DNA of 23,606 nt from a virus. The stretch spans positions 1 to 23,606 of IMG/VR virus record IMGVR_UViG_3300021431_000069. One strand, given 5' to 3'. This document shows positions 21,759 through 23,606 of the stretch, in pieces (the first letter of the stretch is position 1; every line of letters starts with the position of its first letter). A program made the translations under genes and the position numbers. The notes beneath the pieces are model-generated. The model worked only from the letters and a program-made list of their open reading frames with translations. It was not told where the DNA came from and did no database searches.

Positions 21759-22319
21759 ATGAAGCGTTACGAAACACTCGAGACTATCAAGGTCGGAACT
21801 TACATCTACAACACTTATAGCACCGGCAAAGAGAACAAAATCGTCATCACCGAGATCGTGGAAAAAGGCGGAAAGAAATTCGCCGTCGGCACAAGAAACG
21901 GAGTCGAGGCTCGTTTCGAAATCAAGGTCAACAGCACATTCAATTATGAGTATTTTGTTCCGATGAACAAGCGCGGAAGAGTCCAGTCCACGACTAATGT
22001 CGTTTGGGAACATCACAGAGTAAAGGACGAAGAGTCCGACGAGATCATCGACGAAGCCATCGTTGACCTGATCGCCGCAGAAGAGGTCGAAAGAGATGCG
22101 GTCATCGCACAGGTAATGAGAGCGGAAATCGCCGAACGTCAACAGGCTTGGGAAGTTTTCACCGATGGATACGGCGAGGACTTCGACGCATACTTCGCCG
22201 ATTACAAAGACGACTACACGGTCGAGCACAGAAAAGACGGTTTCATCGTCAGCCATATCGCCGGAGGTCATCCTTGGAGAGTGGTCGACTCCGTCACCGT
22301 CGAAAAACTGTTTTTCTAA
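21759..22319 (+). CDS. Hypothetical acidic protein (186 aa), first gene of the post-lysis cassette
   Basis: AAAGGAG at 21744-21750 precedes ATG 21759. By my count there are 35 Asp+Glu against 24 Lys+Arg, with a very acidic C-terminal half. No recognisable family. Confidence 0.6.
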   Translation: MKRYETLETIKVGTYIYNTYSTGKENKIVITEIVEKGGKKFAVGTRNGVEARFEIKVNSTFNYEYFVPMNKRGRVQSTTNVVWEHHRVKDEESDEIIDEAIVDLIAAEEVERDAVIAQVMRAEIAERQQAWEVFTDGYGEDFDAYFADYKDDYTVEHRKDGFIVSHIAGGHPWRVVDSVTVEKLFF

Positions 22320-22340
22320 AGAAGTAAAGGAGCGAGACAA

Positions 22341-22505
22341 ATGAAAGACAAGCGCATTATGAATTATCTCGGTCGCGTAATATGGATGAGTGAATACGGT
22401 TTCATGGTGGCAAAAGGCGACGGAACAGACGAATACTTCGCCACCATCGAGGAAGCAATGAACTATATAGAAGACGCGGTCAAGAATGTGAAAAAGGAGG
22501 ACTAA
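22341..22505 (+). CDS. Hypothetical 54-aa protein (below the ORF-track cutoff)
   Basis: AAGGAG at 22327-22332 precedes ATG 22341. Translates as MKDKRIMNYLGRVIWMSEYGFMVAKGDGTDEYFATIEEAMNYIEDAVKNVKKED. Confidence 0.55.
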   Translation: MKDKRIMNYLGRVIWMSEYGFMVAKGDGTDEYFATIEEAMNYIEDAVKNVKKED

Positions 22506-22506
22506 C

Positions 22507-22698
22507 ATGACATCAGCAGAAAGAGCGAAAGCGATCAGGAAAGCGAGCCGTCTGACACAGGCGGCTTTCGCTGAGCGGTACGGCATCCCTAAACGGACGG
22601 TCGAAAACTGGGAAGGCGGTCAGCGGGACGCTCCGTCCTATGTGCTCGACCTTCTCGAGAGATGCGTCTTAGAGGACGCGAAAAAAGCGGAGGACTAA
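22507..22698 (+). CDS. XRE-family helix-turn-helix regulator (63 aa)
   Basis: RKASRLTQAAFAERYGIPKRTVENWEGGQRDAPSYVLDLLE is a canonical XRE HTH. AAGGAGG RBS. Confidence 0.8.
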   Translation: MTSAERAKAIRKASRLTQAAFAERYGIPKRTVENWEGGQRDAPSYVLDLLERCVLEDAKKAED

Positions 22699-22716
22699 TC
22701 CATCGACCTACATACT

Positions 22717-22773
22717 AAAAACGTCTTAGAACGAAAAACAGGCGGTCAAATGACCGTCTGTTTCTCGCTTAAG
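22717..22773. terminator. Long imperfect hairpin / bidirectional-type terminator (core AAACAGGCGGTCA-AA-TGACCGTCTGTTT at 22736-22763)
   Basis: An A tract, an 11-bp GC-rich stem with one G-T pair, and a T-rich tail. The arms extend with mismatches out to CTTAG...CTTAAG. Confidence 0.65.
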
Positions 22774-22893
22774 GAGTGCTTCTGCTGAAAATGAAGACTT
22801 GAGGGAGTTTCAAAATGAAACCAAAAAATTAATTATTGATGACACCAAGAGTATAAACCAACAGGAGAATAGAAAACCATACACACAAAACTG

Positions 22894-22922
22894 TTGACAG
22901 CCGTTTTCCAGTTTGTTATCTT
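22894..22922 (+). promoter_or_regulatory. Candidate early promoter: consensus -35 TTGACA, 17 nt spacer, -10 TATCTT
   Basis: TTGACA at 22894-22899 and TATCTT at 22917-22922, inside a 356-nt noncoding AT-rich region upstream of the first early gene. Confidence 0.5.
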
Positions 22923-23054
22923 ATTGGTAGTGATTAACTGTTCCCTAAATTATGACCTACGGAAATGGTACTTTCTACCATCCGACAGAACACATAACAA
23001 CGAGAGCAGTCTATCACATTCGGTATTATAGAGCAATGTGAAAGGAGGCTCGAC

Positions 23055-23426
23055 ATGAAGACTAACAGGAGACCGCGCTTCGCTGGACTCGACGCACAGT
23101 CCGCTTCAGGACTCGCCAAGATGCTCAATGAATTCTTCGAGGAGCATCAGAGCGAAAAAGTAGAAGTGACTTACTGCTTCGAGCATGGCATGAGCGCGGT
23201 TTTATCGTGGGAGGAAGAGACTAAAGTCCCTGAGTCGCTTCGCGAGGAGTATGAGCTGAGAGGCGAACGCTACACTTGCGAGGACTGCGACAAGAGACTT
23301 CCCTCGATGGACGGACGCAAGCGGTGCGAATGGTACTGTCTTAGACGACCGAGAGGGACAGACCTGACCGCTCCCGCTTGCAACGACTTTTACTTGAGAT
23401 TGGAGGGAGAGAATGGAGAAGGCTAA
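23055..23426 (+). CDS. Hypothetical protein with a C-terminal Cys cluster (123 aa)
   Basis: AAAGGAGG RBS before ATG 23055. Contains CEDCDKRL...C..C...C. Confidence 0.55.
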   Translation: MKTNRRPRFAGLDAQSASGLAKMLNEFFEEHQSEKVEVTYCFEHGMSAVLSWEEETKVPESLREEYELRGERYTCEDCDKRLPSMDGRKRCEWYCLRRPRGTDLTAPACNDFYLRLEGENGEG

Positions 23427-23606
23427 CAGGACATCAAAAAGGCTGTGGATCGCTGAGGTCAAATATAAGATGGCTCTTCGCGAGATCACCGGCGCGGCAC
23501 TCTCGGCGGCGACTGGATACAGTCTGAACTATATCTATCGCGCCACAGGCGGAACGTGCGACTCGCCGAAACTGGTCAAAGCGATCAGCGACTATCTCGG
23601 CATCGA
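23413..23606 (+). CDS. N-terminal part of the 69-aa HTH-like protein (runs off the window end and finishes at 141 after wrap-around)
   Basis: GGAGGGAG RBS before ATG 23413. The ORF is open to the end of the window and continues seamlessly into bases 126-141 through the 125-nt overlap. Confidence 0.6.
   Translation, partial: MEKANRTSKRLWIAEVKYKMALREITGAALSAATGYSLNYIYRATGGTCDSPKLVKAISDYLGI
23482..23606. repeat. Terminal direct repeat (right copy), identical to 1-125
   Basis: See the left copy. Confidence 0.95.

Noticed and set aside
21693-22586. 297-aa minus-strand ORF spanning the post-lysis cassette
   Set aside because: It is antisense to three + strand genes, each with a good RBS and one with a clear XRE HTH. 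The promoter and terminators are also oriented for + strand expression. It is a shadow ORF.
22507-22698. The XRE protein considered as a CI-type lysogeny repressor marking a temperate phage
   Set aside because: At 63 aa it has no C-terminal dimerisation or peptidase domain. There is no divergent promoter arrangement and no integrase. A Cro-, Aca- or antitoxin-like small regulator is more consistent with what is seen.
22934-23128. 64-aa minus-strand ORF in the early intergenic region
   Set aside because: It has no RBS. It overlaps the start of the + strand gene at 23055 and the promoter leader, and its sequence is low-complexity.
23482-23606. The terminal repeat taken as proof of biological direct terminal repeats
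   Set aside because: An exact overlap of about k-mer length at both contig ends is what assemblers produce for circular or circularly permuted templates. It cannot be distinguished from true DTRs without read-end data. The HNH-TerL pairing instead suggests cos-type ends.

Overview
This window is a complete, circularly closed genome of a small siphovirus-like tailed phage. Bases 1-125 are identical to 23482-23606, giving a unit length of 23,481 bp. Every credible gene is on the + strand.

Gene order:
- early and regulatory small genes (HTH proteins, a secreted 3D-domain protein)
- recombination and replication module (ERF annealase, winged-helix initiator carrying internal 12-bp tandem repeats, SSB)
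- a very unusual C5 DNA methyltransferase locus
- RuvC-like resolvase, an ArpU/RinA-like regulator, and a cluster of Cys-rich small ORFs
- HNH endonuclease and TerL, with no recognisable TerS
- HK97-type portal, prohead protease and major capsid
- connector proteins, major tail protein, and a tail chaperone with a canonical -1 slippery site
- tape measure, Dit, Tal
- amidase endolysin with cell-wall-binding repeats, and two holin-type proteins
- a terminator-insulated, operator-controlled three-gene cassette ending in a 63-aa XRE HTH protein

I saw no integrase, tRNA or CRISPR array.

Most noteworthy:
1. The C5-MTase locus (2832-4249) has a circularly permuted motif order (III-IV-VI-VIII-TRD-IX-X-I-II). 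It is broken into several frame segments. Three of the breaks sit exactly at G8, G7 and G9 tracts, the only G runs of 7 or more that I could find in the genome.
2. The post-lysis cassette (21656-22698) has the architecture of an anti-defence (acr-aca-like) operon.
3. A terminator-like hairpin element is present once intact (22717-22773). A second copy is split, with its two arms flanking the tail-chaperone genes (14419-14451 and 15140-15166).

All functional calls rest on motif recognition by eye. No database search was possible.
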